A DNA stretch of 61,686 nt, counting the filler, from Sphacelaria rigidula (lineage: Eukaryota): NCBI GenBank assembly GCA_964200075.2. It is 10 parts of 10 records of this genome, joined end to end, with 100 filler letters (N's around TTAATTAATTAA, not from the genome) between each part and the next. Parts side by side here need not be neighbours in the genome. Positions count along the whole stretch, not along the records: positions 49,431 to 55,508 come from CAXNAA020022386.1; positions 55,609 to 61,686 come from CAXNAA020022387.1; 8 more parts are not named here. One strand, written 5' to 3'. Shown one piece after another: positions 50,111-61,686 of this stretch. Both the position numbers and the translations under genes were made by a program. The notes under the pieces were generated by a model that was not told the origin of the DNA, made no database searches, and saw only the letters and a list, made by a program, of their open reading frames with translations. Numbering within the stretch: position 1 is the first letter of the stretch; the number at the start of each line of letters is the position of its first letter.

Positions 50111-53100
50111 ATTCATGGAGTTCCACAATGCCCCTGGCACCCTATTGATCGCAACTATCTGAGTTTGCTGTGCACTGAAAAACCGAGCTCTCTGTTTGAC
50201 ATTCAGAGCCTTGCTCAGCGTATGTTGACGTTACACGCCAGTGTAACCCGCTTTGGCGTGGAACTCGACGTGTCTTCTTTGATTATTTCGGGCTGTCTTC
50301 CTGTCAGCCTGTGCTATAACGTTGCCCAGAAGTTCTGTAATGTACTGCGCTTCTCGCTTATTGCCGAATACAAACAGCAACTTCAGAGCGCAGGGTCCTT
50401 TGATTTGTTCTCGATTGTCTGTCGCCTGTTGATTCTGTACAGTTGATTTACGATCAGATACTTAATTGAGGTGCCTCGTATTCCCCCTGCCCCCGGCAGC
50501 ATCTGGCTACCGATGTGCATTCCGTAGCTTGAGCCGCTCTGATCAAAGCCATGAGCTTCCATCTGAGTCGCACACTGTGCTGCTACTGCATACTGCCGTG
50601 TTTACTACCTGCCCTGCTTTGCTTGAAGCACATACGATCCCACGGGACTGTTCCGCATACCCATCTGTACCTACCCCGGTGACCTCGCGACAACGCCAAA
50701 TCTCGTGATTGTTCTTTCCGTTTTCCAGCACGGCAATGGTGTCTTTCCGCAGTTATAGTACTATTCATCGACATCGGTCTAGCGTATGTTTGTGACACAC
50801 TCTAAGCTGCTTTGTCCCTACTTCCATAGCCCTTCCACAGTCTGTGCCAGCATCACCACTTACTGCACCCATGCGCCGACTGAATACAATATTGTACCGT
50901 CGTATATACGGTTGCCCCTGTTGCGACGGAGGAATCCTCTTGGGACCCTCTGTACTACACAGGCCTTTTCTTTCTAACTAACGTTCCTATCCCAAGTGCT
51001 TACTCTATTGCCGACTGGGCCCTGCAATATTGAAAACGAACGTTTATAGCATTCTTGTGTGAAAACTGGCACTGGAGTCTGCTTCCTCGCAAGCCTTTTG
51101 CTCGCTGACTGCTACTTTTGACATCCGCCGCTTGCTCATGCTGAATATGAATTTCAGAAGCGGTTCAACCCATAACTGCGGAAAATGATGTAAATTGTAA
51201 AGGTGTTGGGAGAGCGGAATCTCCATCGCTGTTCGCGAGATATCAATACGTGGGGCTGGAAAAACAGGAGAACTCAACAATATGCTGATACATCAGACGG
51301 TAGAGTGATGCCATGCCAGGGGTGCACAAGAAAATTATCTAGTTTGAATTGTTAGGAGCCCTTCATCTCATCCAACACGATGATCCATGTAATGTATGAG
51401 AGCACACCACGGTTGGCATTCCAATGGTTTAAGGACGTCTCGAATGATTTCTCAAAACGAGACGGTTCTGACCCCATATTGTTGTGTAGCATGCGACTTC
51501 AGGAGACCCTCAATGAGCATGTCTGGACCGGAATGTGCAACCCCTACCTTGGCATGACTCGGCACTACTCAACTCCAGACAAACGAACTTTTTATTTTGC
51601 GATTTGTATCTTTGGCATTGTCATCCCCGTGCTCTAGACATGCGCCCTCGAATGCTGAAAAAAACGTTGAGTTTACCACAGTTACATGTGGCATATGTCC
51701 GTCAACAGGAGAACAGTTTGAGACGTTCTGAAATCCTCTAAACCCGTTACGCAACAACACTGTAAATTGGTTGAGACGTGTCTGCCAGGCATGGCCTGGA
51801 GGAAGGAGAGTTACTCTTGTTTGCCGCGCGTCATTTTCAACCGTGATATATTTTCGTCGTCGTTTTCTGTCTGGGATTAACTTTGTGGAGATAATTGTTT
51901 TTTGGTTGTAATTGTCATGTTCAGCTGCAATCCGTGCCAACCAGTCATGATGGGAAGGTGCCGTCACAAAAAAACTCAAGAAAACTAGCTTGCGTGCCTC
52001 AGGCCGTCTTGTAAGGGAAGAGATTACTATTTTCCATTCACTATGACGTTTTGTACACTTGGCATCGTTTCCATATATTTAAAGAGGATACATTGTCACC
52101 GCATGTTCTGGGGGGCACTACGCGTCACCTACGGAAAACATTGCTTCACTGAGATGGCTGCATCGCCCCCTTTTCCGAACCTAGAATGAGGTTTTGCGGA
52201 ACCACGTCGCTTGAAGGGCAGAACTAGTTGGGATTACGTGATCCATCGGAAAACAAGCCGTATTTTCTTCAGAAACAAGACGCGCACAGGAGACACAGGC
52301 AGCGTCACCAACTCCTTTGCCCGAAAACACACACAGGATAACTTAGGGAAGCTGTGCTCAGATTGGGGTAGGTTGTCGAGCGTTGTTCGGTGCCACTCAT
52401 CGGGGTGGGTGCGGGGAGATTCCGAGTAATGTTTCGCAACGACCCGATTCTTTTGTAGGAAAGAATGAGCTAAGTTTATTCGTGGTGCTTGTGAGCGGCA
52501 AGTCAGCGGGGAGCGTCGAGATTATACGGGTGCGCACGGTTGAGGTTTGATGTCTGTAGGTCATTAACCTTCAGGGCTACAGGCGGCACAGATGTAGTCC
52601 AGCATGACCATCTCAAGGTGCGAGGGTAGTCTAGAAACGCTGCTATTATACACGAAGACATTGATGACTTTCGGCGTACCGTGGCTGTTTTTCGGTCAAA
52701 TGCCGATACACCAAGAGATGGAGCGATGTGATGTGATCGGACAAGCAGTATGAAATTGCTGTGATGTTTTCCAAGATACAGGGATGATATGCCTGGCGGG
52801 TAGGAGTAGAAAATTTTAGGTGAATATGTGCACGTGCATCTGACCAGCTGTACACAAAATGGTTTTGTTTGGAAAACAAGTCCGTTATGGTCGCTACCGG
52901 GTGTTGGATGACGTGGATTTGTATGCATACGGTCATCACTTTTCGGTTGAGTAACAACCAATAATAGCAGCTGCTGAAGGATGAAGGTGTGCATGTACTT
53001 TGAAGCTTGAAGTACTTGTGATTCGATGGATTATGTGTGATGACGTGTTCAAGAGCATGTGCTGTTTCGTAGCATGATTCGGTAGGAGTTCATCGCCGTC

Positions 53101-53890
53101 TGGCTTCACTTGGTTCTTTATCGCCGACTTGGAAGCTAGCTTTATAGTGGAGGCTAATCGAGCACATCTTCAACGGTCCAACACATCTGCTATACACCCA
53201 GCGGCCACCTGCTTTGGTAAACAAGTCCTCAACAACGAAGCTGTCCAGTGAGTCAGGTGTTTCGTGTCGAGTAACACCATATACTGTTGTGCTGATTCTG
53301 CACTCAGGTTGTGATTAATTACCAGGAGCTTGTTCACTGTGAGCATCCAGGAGTTCACAACTCTGCTAGCTCTCACGCGAGACTGATCCTAGAGTAGGTA
53401 TCACTCTGCTGCCTCTTAACCGGTTGGGTGCCAGCTAATCACATTGCAGCGAACTATGAGTATAATATGTTGGACGGCCGTACACGATTGCAACGCGGTT
53501 TCTTTCTTGCAATTTCGGAGAAAGGATGCAACATTCGTCTCCAATTGGAACGCGTGACGAATTCCGAGCGAAAAACGCTTTGTGGGGCATGTTCCCAATC
53601 CCACATCGTCGATCAAAAATAGAATCCGTTCTTGGGAAAACCACAAACGTGAAGGTCCACCTTTTCTACGCTGAGGTCCATACGGCAATAAAGGTCAAGG
53701 CAGTTCATGAGGAAACGTCGACTCCATCCCCTGAGAGGGTGGACTCGCCCCGATGAGGGCGGGGATACAAATACGATTGAAAGTCCTGAGATGATGGCTG
53801 GAAATATAACAAAAATAGATGACAACAATTTACGGATCCCGTGACATCTGAGAGACACCCTCATCGATATGGCATACAGTGGGCACGCAC

Positions 53891-54032
53891 CCCACATCCC
53901 GCCGATGTTGCCCAGCAGCTCCAGCGGCTCCAGGGGATCTATGGCCTTGCGAATTGTATGAGAAAGCCGAGGTTGATATATGTCCAAGAACAACACTGCG
54001 ATCGTCTTGTTGCTCTCGACTCCTTTAAGGTC
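53891..54032 (-). CDS. exon of a putative membrane protein (…IAVLFLDIYQPRLSHTIRKAIDPLEPLELLGNIGGMW)
   Basis: atgcag|GAC ... TGG G|gtgcgt. LLGNIGGxW resembles the pre-TM2 'L.nIGG' segment of DEG/ENaC-like proteins (inference). Confidence 0.6.
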
Positions 54033-54981
54033 CTGCATTGCACAAGGGGTGAAGCACACGTGCACATTCGGTCGAAATGGCGTAAGTGTAAGGCGCACGC
54101 CACAGAACACGACCAGAAATATCGCACGCCTTCCTGTATGTACATTTTTATGACAAGCACTAATCAAAGCACAGTTTTTTTATGCCTTTGCACTAAAAAA
54201 CCGTAGGGTTGGTCGAGTAGGTATGCACAGTAGCGAACACAACAGACTGCATCAAAAAGAAAAGGTAGGGCATGTTCCTTGGGCATCTTGCGCGTGGGTT
54301 GCTGGAATGTGTTTGAGAGGTGCCCGGCCGGCGTGCATTGCTGCTCCCCGCACCAAAATATGCACCACCCCATTTTGTCCCTAAATCCGCACGGCATACC
54401 CCAACACTCTCCTTACATTATGTATCAACGTATGAAAATATCATGATGTCACCAGATGTGCCGACGGGCCTATTCCGTCATCATACAGTAGAAACAAGAT
54501 AATAATCACATTGTATCGCCTAGGGTGTGGGTGTATCCTTCGAGCCGACTTCCATTGCTGGCCTCCATGATCCAAAGAACTGATGTCCATTCGATAAACC
54601 GGGTCAGTGCCAAGAGTTTAGTGTGGTTCGGAGTGTTATTTCCCAGGGAGTACAAATTTTGCACGGGTTACCAGCGGCTTTGACGTACCTTATCAGCACT
54701 GTGAGAAATGTGATCTACACAAACTGATATTTTTCAGCGTTGCCCTGAATTTTCCTTCAGTGTTGTAGACGCTGAATAACAATATCAAAGTCATTTCTTC
54801 GCGCCGTGATAGTCCTCATTTGCCCGCATCTCGTGTAGACATGTCTTGGCCACACTTTGTATAGTGTTTCAGTGGATACTCTTGAAACACCTCCTGGCGG
54901 TTGCGTCATGAGTTAGATCCTCGATGAAGTCACACCACCTGTTCTCACCAACTGTTCGTTTTTGGTCACAAAGCACTTAAC

Positions 54982-55142
54982 CGTGGAAAGCGATTATTTT
55001 GTTAGTGAATAGAATTCGAATTCGCTATCGAGAAGGGAAAGGGACGACCGAACCGTTCTCGCGATATAAATCAAGGCAAACATCGCAATCGAAGGGCGGG
55101 AAAGAGAACCTGCTGCGTACCCTTCCTCCGGTGAGACCCCGG
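54982..55142 (-). pseudogene. possible upstream exon of the same gene, with an in-frame TAA
   Basis: caccag|CC ... ACG|gttaag is phase-compatible with exon 53891-54032, but there is a TAA at 54994-54996. Confidence 0.35.
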
Positions 55143-55508
55143 CTGGTGCGCTCACATTCGCCGGAAGGGGTAGGCATCCAAAATAATTGGGACGCACACA
55201 CACTCATAAGCACACACACATAACCACACACGTTCATGCCTGATTCCAGTTCATAAAAACGGATAATAATCAAGCCACTGCATACAGACACGTATCTTAT
55301 GACCCGAGATACCCCTCCTCCCCTTGGTTATTACGCCTGGATTCTTGCCGTATACAACAGGCTTTCGTAGCAAAACAACCTTCGAGCGAATACCCCTCCC
55401 CCCCTCTTCGTTATTACACTAAGTAAGATTATTCAGAGTAGGAAAGACACCGGACAACGTACTGTTTCTTTCTAGACGTGCAAAAGGCTTATGACACAGT
55501 ATGGAGAA

Positions 55509-55608
55509 NNNNNNNNNNNNNNNNNNNNNNNNNNNNNNNNNNNNNNNNNNNNTTAATTAATTAANNNNNNNNNNNNNNNNNNNNNNNNNNNNNNNNNNNN
55601 NNNNNNNN
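55509..55608. other. artificial contig spacer
   Basis: 44 N + TTAATTAATTAA + 44 N. Confidence 0.99.
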
Positions 55609-55656
55609 GTGCATGGTGCGTCGGTCCGCAGCGGCGCGGGGGGGGGGGGGGTCGGG

Positions 55657-55703
<47 letters not shown>

Positions 55704-56344
55704 CTTACTTGTTGCTTGCCTCAGTCGTTTGACCGTTGACCACGCATCCCTTGCGAGACGCAGCACCGCTCCCACTCTCGAATAGAGACACCTCCAACAT
55801 GACGGTGCTCCTTACGTTTCTTCCATAGGGGGATGGGGGGTATTTGGGGGCATTCCCCATGGAGTTTTACTCTGATCTTCGTTGAAAGCAGCAACGGTTG
55901 TTCGAACGCGCTCGTTACCGATAAATAAAGCACATGCGTACTGCTTTACACCGTTTTTACCCAAACACAAGCGCACCGCTAGTGTCTCAAGTCGGCCGAC
56001 ACACCTTTTGAGCCTTTTTTTTCGCGGAATCAACCTCCCCTCTATCGTGGCATGACCGTCGGTCGGAAAAAGAAAAATTGGTTTCGATTCCATGCAGATG
56101 CACATGGGGTTTTCCCGGAAGAGTATGCGCTTTCCGTTCTTGAAGATATGAGAACGAACAAAAGCATGATTATGTTTGTTTGACGAGAGTCTATGCTGTG
56201 CGGGAGTTTTGGCCATGATCCAATACACAATTTGGAGATGCGAGGTTTGTCACGGAAGAGAGATGAGTTGATGTCCCCCCTTGAAAAAATGGATTCGTTT
56301 CGGGGAAGGGAGGAGGGGGGTTTTGGGATATGACAACATGTATA

Positions 56345-56950
56345 TGAGTTGGTGCACGCTCATCGCCCTAAATTGTGTCATCGGCAGATGCCTTTCGCAA
56401 TACCTACCCAATAGTCGCATGCATGACATCATACTGACCGCTGTGGACAGCTGAACAGCGTGACATTGCCGGGTTTGTGTTCGACGTTTGAGGTCACGTT
56501 GATGGCGCGAAGGGCGCAGTGGCACCTCGACTAATCAGCGTCCTTCGAATCGTTTTGAAATCAAGAAAACGAATTCCGAGCTCGGCTTCTACCTTTTATG
56601 CTAGCACGGTTTTTGAAAAAAGTCGTTCATCTTGGAAATGGTAATGGGTCGCTTATATGTGAAGCCGTGCTAGCATACTAAGTGGGAGCTTGCCTATTCC
56701 TAGCCCAATTTTCACCTAATCTCCTCGTGCTTTGAATCGGGGTAGCCGCTGACAGCTCGAGAAGCTAACGGGAATAAAAGCGGATTTGAGAAACCGTTGC
56801 TACGGGGTCGAATTCATGGTGTTCCGGTGGAGTAAGGTTTTGGGGCCGTCTACCTCCTTTCCACTGATGAAATTCATGAAAGACCCAAGAAGCCTCGTGA
56901 CAGTTTCCCCATACCTGTCGTTAAAAGCTCAGCTTGCCCTCAAACTCGGT
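56345..56950 (-). mobile_element. second copy of dispersed repeat family C
   Basis: Reverse-complement similarity to 23690-24170, with an extra segment around 56590-56690. Confidence 0.65.
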
Positions 56951-58834
56951 AGTTCCGTAGGTATTGATGCCTGAAATAGAGAAATGGTGTGCTTGACAAT
57001 ATTTTGAAGTTTCTCCGTTTTGTACCAGCTTCCGCGGCCCCAGTGTGAAGACCCCCGGATGGCGGTGCAGCATGCCTCAACATTAGAAAAACGAAATGAG
57101 ACGTCCCACGGTAGTCAAGGAATATACGTACAATCTTTGATCGAGAAACTCGCAAACCTCGTGTAGATTTTCTCGCTACATACACCCGATTTTGACGTTT
57201 TCATCCTCAAACAAAGCAGCTGGGAATTGGCACGTCTTGAGCTGATGTCATCGCACAAACGCGCAATACTTCGTCTTTTTTTTAACGAGTCAGACCGTGA
57301 AACGTTACTCAAGTGTGCTATGGGTCATCACGCAGATTTCCATGAACGCATTTTTTTTTTCCATATTTTACTTTTTGACCGTTTTCTGAGGGTCCGTCGG
57401 AATTCAAGTTCCCCTGCAAACCCCAGGACCCCCGAAAAACGGAGAAAAAAACAAGAATAAAATAAAGTTCAACCTTCGTAAGTTGCGCAATGACCCATAG
57501 AGCAAAATGGTGGAGAACTCCAGAGTCCGGCTCCAAAAAACAGCGTGATGTTTCTCGCATGAGTGTTTTTTACGTTGATGAGCGCAAGCCAGCCTATATA
57601 TTAAAACCCCTGAACTTATGCTTCTCTTGGAATAGATGCAACACCCGAAATCATTCCTTGTCTTTTATGTATAAATCCCCCGTTTTTTTTATTTTGTCGC
57701 GGCCGGCTCTTGTTCTCATCCCTTTCCTGCATGCATGTGTTTTTTCCACAGTACTACGGAGAAGTTCTTTCCAAGAAGCCGGTCGAGCTACACCGTTTCT
57801 ACAAGGATGAGAGCACCTTCTGCCACGCCTCGGGTACCAAGGAAGAGGTGAATCTACAACGACTGACCTACGGGTATTGTTGAAGAGTCTATTTTCGTAG
57901 CCAAAATCTCCGATTTTTCGAGACAAAAAGTGCGTCTGAAAAATATGGCAGCATAGTTCACAACTAGATCAAGCAATGGATAAGAGTAGGAGTGACTATT
58001 TATTAATTCCGATTTCTCGAAAACTAGCGTTGGAAGTTTTTTTCAGCAATGGGTTTCCCGAAGGAGTCGAAAAAAAAGTTATTCGGAATTTTTTTCAAGA
58101 ATACCCGGAATATGGCGCGTTAATAACCCTTTTGGAACCCACACAGTTCTTGTTTTTGTGAATCGGCATCATTTTGACTTGAAAATGACGGAGAATGATG
58201 CCGATTCACAGAAACCAAAATCGTCAGTGTATTCCACAAGGGTTAATTGGACTGACTCCTCCAACCTTTGAAAGGTCTATCAAATAATAACTCTTCTGCT
58301 TTGTGCCGTACGTCTCGCAATCCTTGGGCTTTATTATCACCGTCGCATCTCAGGTACGCGTGCACCCCAGGCGAGTTTAATTTTTAACTTTTAACTAATT
58401 ATTATTTATTCTTTCATCTTGATTTTTATTTGTCACACTTAGAACCCCTCTCCGTTCTCGGGATGAGTCCTTGGTCTCAAGGGATCAAGCCATCTCTGCC
58501 CGGCACACTCCTTGCATTGTGGTCTCGCGGAAGAGATCAGCGCTCCCGCACCAGGTCAACTCACGTCAAACAATCTCAGTCGACTACTTTTTGAGTAGAT
58601 GCGAAATTTCGTGGAAAAATTATTTGACCCGCAGTCGATGTTTTTTTTTTTTTCTCTTTCTGGAGGTTTCATAACTCGAAGATTTGGGTATTCGAACCAG
58701 CAATGATTCGTACGATCCCTGGAAGTTTGAAATTTCGTGTATCTTGAGTGCAGGAGCGGGCTTTGACGAGACGGTAACATTCCGGAGTTGTTGGGGTGGT
58801 GCGGTGCCACACGGTCATCCAACCCTGTGAGCAC

Positions 58835-59667
58835 CGCATCGCCGCTGCTGGACCGTCGCGAACTATGGATGCACCCGCCATTGCCCCACCGGCCTCTCAC
58901 TACGCCTGTTCATGGCCGGAACACGAACCGACCGAGAACATTTCATCCGACAGCACCGACAGCATGCATCTGAGATTGCGTCTACGGTGCGCCAGATGCA
59001 GTAGGATGCGCATATTAACGCCTCCCGTGCGTCCTCCAGGAGGAACACGAAAATCATGTCCGGCTACACCACATCCCTACGTCGCCCGAACATAGAACAC
59101 AACAGCGCAACGAACCCTCGAGGAAGGCCGAACCGCCGCAGCCGAGCATGGACGCCGCGCTGTCAACTACGGATTACAGGTCCGCCGCGGAAGTTTGAGC
59201 GAAGCAGCTGCTTCCCTCAGCCGCTGTCGGGCCCCACAGGCATCATCCAACGTCAACGTGCAACTGGAGGTTGGTGCCTGCAGGGCTCGATAGCGGCTAA
59301 GGGAAGCTGTTTCGTTCGTTGTGCGGCGAAGCTGTCACTCGTAGTTGGGCACTTCGGCGTCGATGTTCGGCTGCGGGGGTCGGCCTTCCCCGACGGTTCT
59401 GTGTGCTGTGCTGCGTTACGGTGATAGGCTTAATGTGCCCGAGCTCGGCGATGGTGTTCCTCCTAGAGGAGGCACGGGAGGCGTTTGCGTCCGCATCCCG
59501 CGGCATCTGGAGCACCATGGATGCGATCACTGGTGCATGCGGTCCGTACTATTGGAGGTGTGCTCGGTCGGTCCGTGTCCCAGCCATGGACAGGCGTGGT
59601 AAGAGATGCCGATAGAGCAGTGGCGGATGTCCGTCCGTTCGCGATTGTCCATCGTCGGTGATGCGGA
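58835..59667. repeat. diverged ~320-bp inverted duplication with ~200-bp spacer
   Basis: 58835-59158 aligns colinearly with the reverse complement of ~59355-59667 (e.g. aacgcctcccgtgc, aggaggaacac, ggaaggccga, ccgcagccga). Confidence 0.8.
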
Positions 59668-61062
59668 CTAGAATGGACCACTCCGGGTGAAGCCGCTAGC
59701 CGATCCTACCGGCGCCCGCAGACCTGTTACAGAATCCGACCTCTGACAGTCTCGCCAGCTTCTGGAGGAAGACAATGGAAGCGCTACAACAGTGTTGGCG
59801 CAGATAGCCGCTCGGAGGCCGAGATTTGACCTTGAGCTTTTCATTAAGAAATCATTTTCGACCAAAAATGATGGAATTGCGACAGCCTCGGTCCATCATT
59901 ATTGTCAGGCGGGCGCAACAGTAAGACCTGATGTTGCCCACATGTTCGAGACGCAAGATCCGACCGAGGTTGCCTTGCTGTTCTCAACTCCCGATGTCTC
60001 GAGATTCCGCGTGGGCAGCAAGGGTGTGTGAGGGAGACATGCCCGTCGCGATCCCTCGGACGTTGCTTTTGGGTCGACTTGGGCTAATCTGGCTTACTCT
60101 GCGGTGGGCGGGAGAGGGGGGCAAATTTTGAGCATTCTTAAGATGCGGAATCGAAACATTACCCAACCATACCCGAACGCGCGGCCTACGGCACGTCCTC
60201 ACCCCCATAAAGTATGCGGGAATTGAACGTAGGTGGCATGAAGTAATTTGGTACAATTGATGGTGCCGAGAATACGATCGCTATACTAGGAGATGAGTGG
60301 CGGTCACAGACCGCGAAACAGGGGCGGGTTTGAGATATGTAAAGGTTTTGATGTGAGGTATGGAATAAACGGGATGGGCGCGCAAGGAGTTGGAACGGTG
60401 CTCCGTCTGGGAGAGGATGCGTAGTCAGTGGTCGAGTGACAAAGGAGAACGACAAATGCGTAGGTTCCCCCCTCGTCCCCCCTCCATGAAAACGCCACGC
60501 CACTCGGCAATGTAGCAAAAACTGTGTGTGTTGACCACATGTATGCTGTGCTGTACTGTACGGCATTCTGGCCATGGCAAGTACACGAATATCTTCGACG
60601 CAAAGCATATGCGCGGAAGTGCCATTTTTCATTCAGGCGTTGTTTCTCCACCACAGCTGAGTACAGTTATATCGAAAAACCCCTGCCGACAAAATGATGG
60701 AAAAAGAGGAATTACTTTCATGAAGAAATGGTGTGTCCCAGATTCATTGTTGACACATTGAATTTTTTTTTGGTAACTCTCAGTCTTGAACCTCAACCCA
60801 AGGCGTACCCCAAACCCTCGGGCAAGGAGGGTGCGAGGAGTAGTACTTTAGGCAGAGTGTGCGTTGGCAATCCTCAAGTAGGCGCCAGGCGCCTGTGGCG
60901 CCGGTTTGAACCATCCGCGCTCCGCGCACGCGTAGAAAGCTCGTGGGACTGTCAACGCCACTTGAAGATTCGAATCTCGGGTCAGCACTCACAGTAAGTA
61001 ATATCAGCCACTGAGAAAAGGGCCCTGAACTGGGGCGAATTCTACTGGTGCAAATGCATCAC

Positions 61063-61147
61063 CTTTCTGCAGTTGTGTAACGAACACGAAGCACTTCTTG
61101 ATTCCATCCAATAATCGCTGGGCCTTGTACGCTGCTTCCCTATCCAC
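61063..61147 (-). CDS. possible isolated exon (VDREAAYKAQRLLDGIKKCFVFVTQLQK)
   Basis: gaacag|GTG ... G|gtgatg with an open frame. No recognisable motif. Confidence 0.35.
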
Positions 61148-61637
61148 CTGTTCTAGTGATATGGTTCTCCCGATGTGGAGTATGACCAAATATTTCTTAT
61201 TTTTTGCTCCGCTGTGGCTTTGATTTAGGAACCCGTGTCTGGCCTAGCTGACATCAAGGCGAAGATCGAGCACCTTGGCTTGGGCGGGGCTACTGTGGAT
61301 CTTGGCTGTGGCTCCGTCGACGCTCAGCCGTCCGAAGGAGGCAAGCTTGTTTTACCCGTATTATATGTAGTTGTACAACAGTTGTGACTGTTGTTGATGG
61401 ACTTGCCATTTTTTTTTTGTGATTTCATATTTTGATCACTTCATGGTATTTGGAACGTGTACATCAAGTCGCCTCGGGTCGTTGTTATAATCCATCAATG
61501 CCGCGTTGAAAAAACGGATGTGCTTATATCTGTTGATGACATATGCGGTCGTGCTCCAGCTTTGACACTTGATCCATTTGACTGGCAAGATTATTGTGTG
61601 TCTGTCATTTCAAAGTTGAAACCTTTGCATCCCATTA

Positions 61638-61686
<49 letters not shown>

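Overview
Eukaryotic draft-genome DNA, most likely a brown alga (Phaeophyceae; inferred from intron-rich GT-AG genes with long introns, TTAGGG-type repeats and the style of the repeat families). The window is not one locus. It is ten unrelated contigs of 6079/6078 bp, sorted by size and joined by artificial 100-nt spacers (44 N + TTAATTAATTAA + 44 N). Most ORF-track entries are spurious. Supported content: (i) a divergent histone pair, three-exon H1 (-) and intronless H4 (+), whose 3' UTRs share a 33-nt element with a non-canonical histone-type stem-loop; (ii) a degenerate Replitron-like HUH (Y1) endonuclease gene with AT-hook-like motifs and an intron, bracketed by arrays of a ~45-bp direct repeat; (iii) a Tgs1-like cap methyltransferase gene with a 2.5-kb low-complexity exon; (iv) a four-exon, phase-consistent gene fragment resembling a GT-B glycosyltransferase; (v) several isolated exons; (vi) many transposon remnants, including a hAT-type MITE with an 8-bp TSD, a TA-flanked MITE, a tRNA-derived SINE head, a Ty3/Gypsy integrase relic, a 158-bp tandem array and a diverged inverted duplication.
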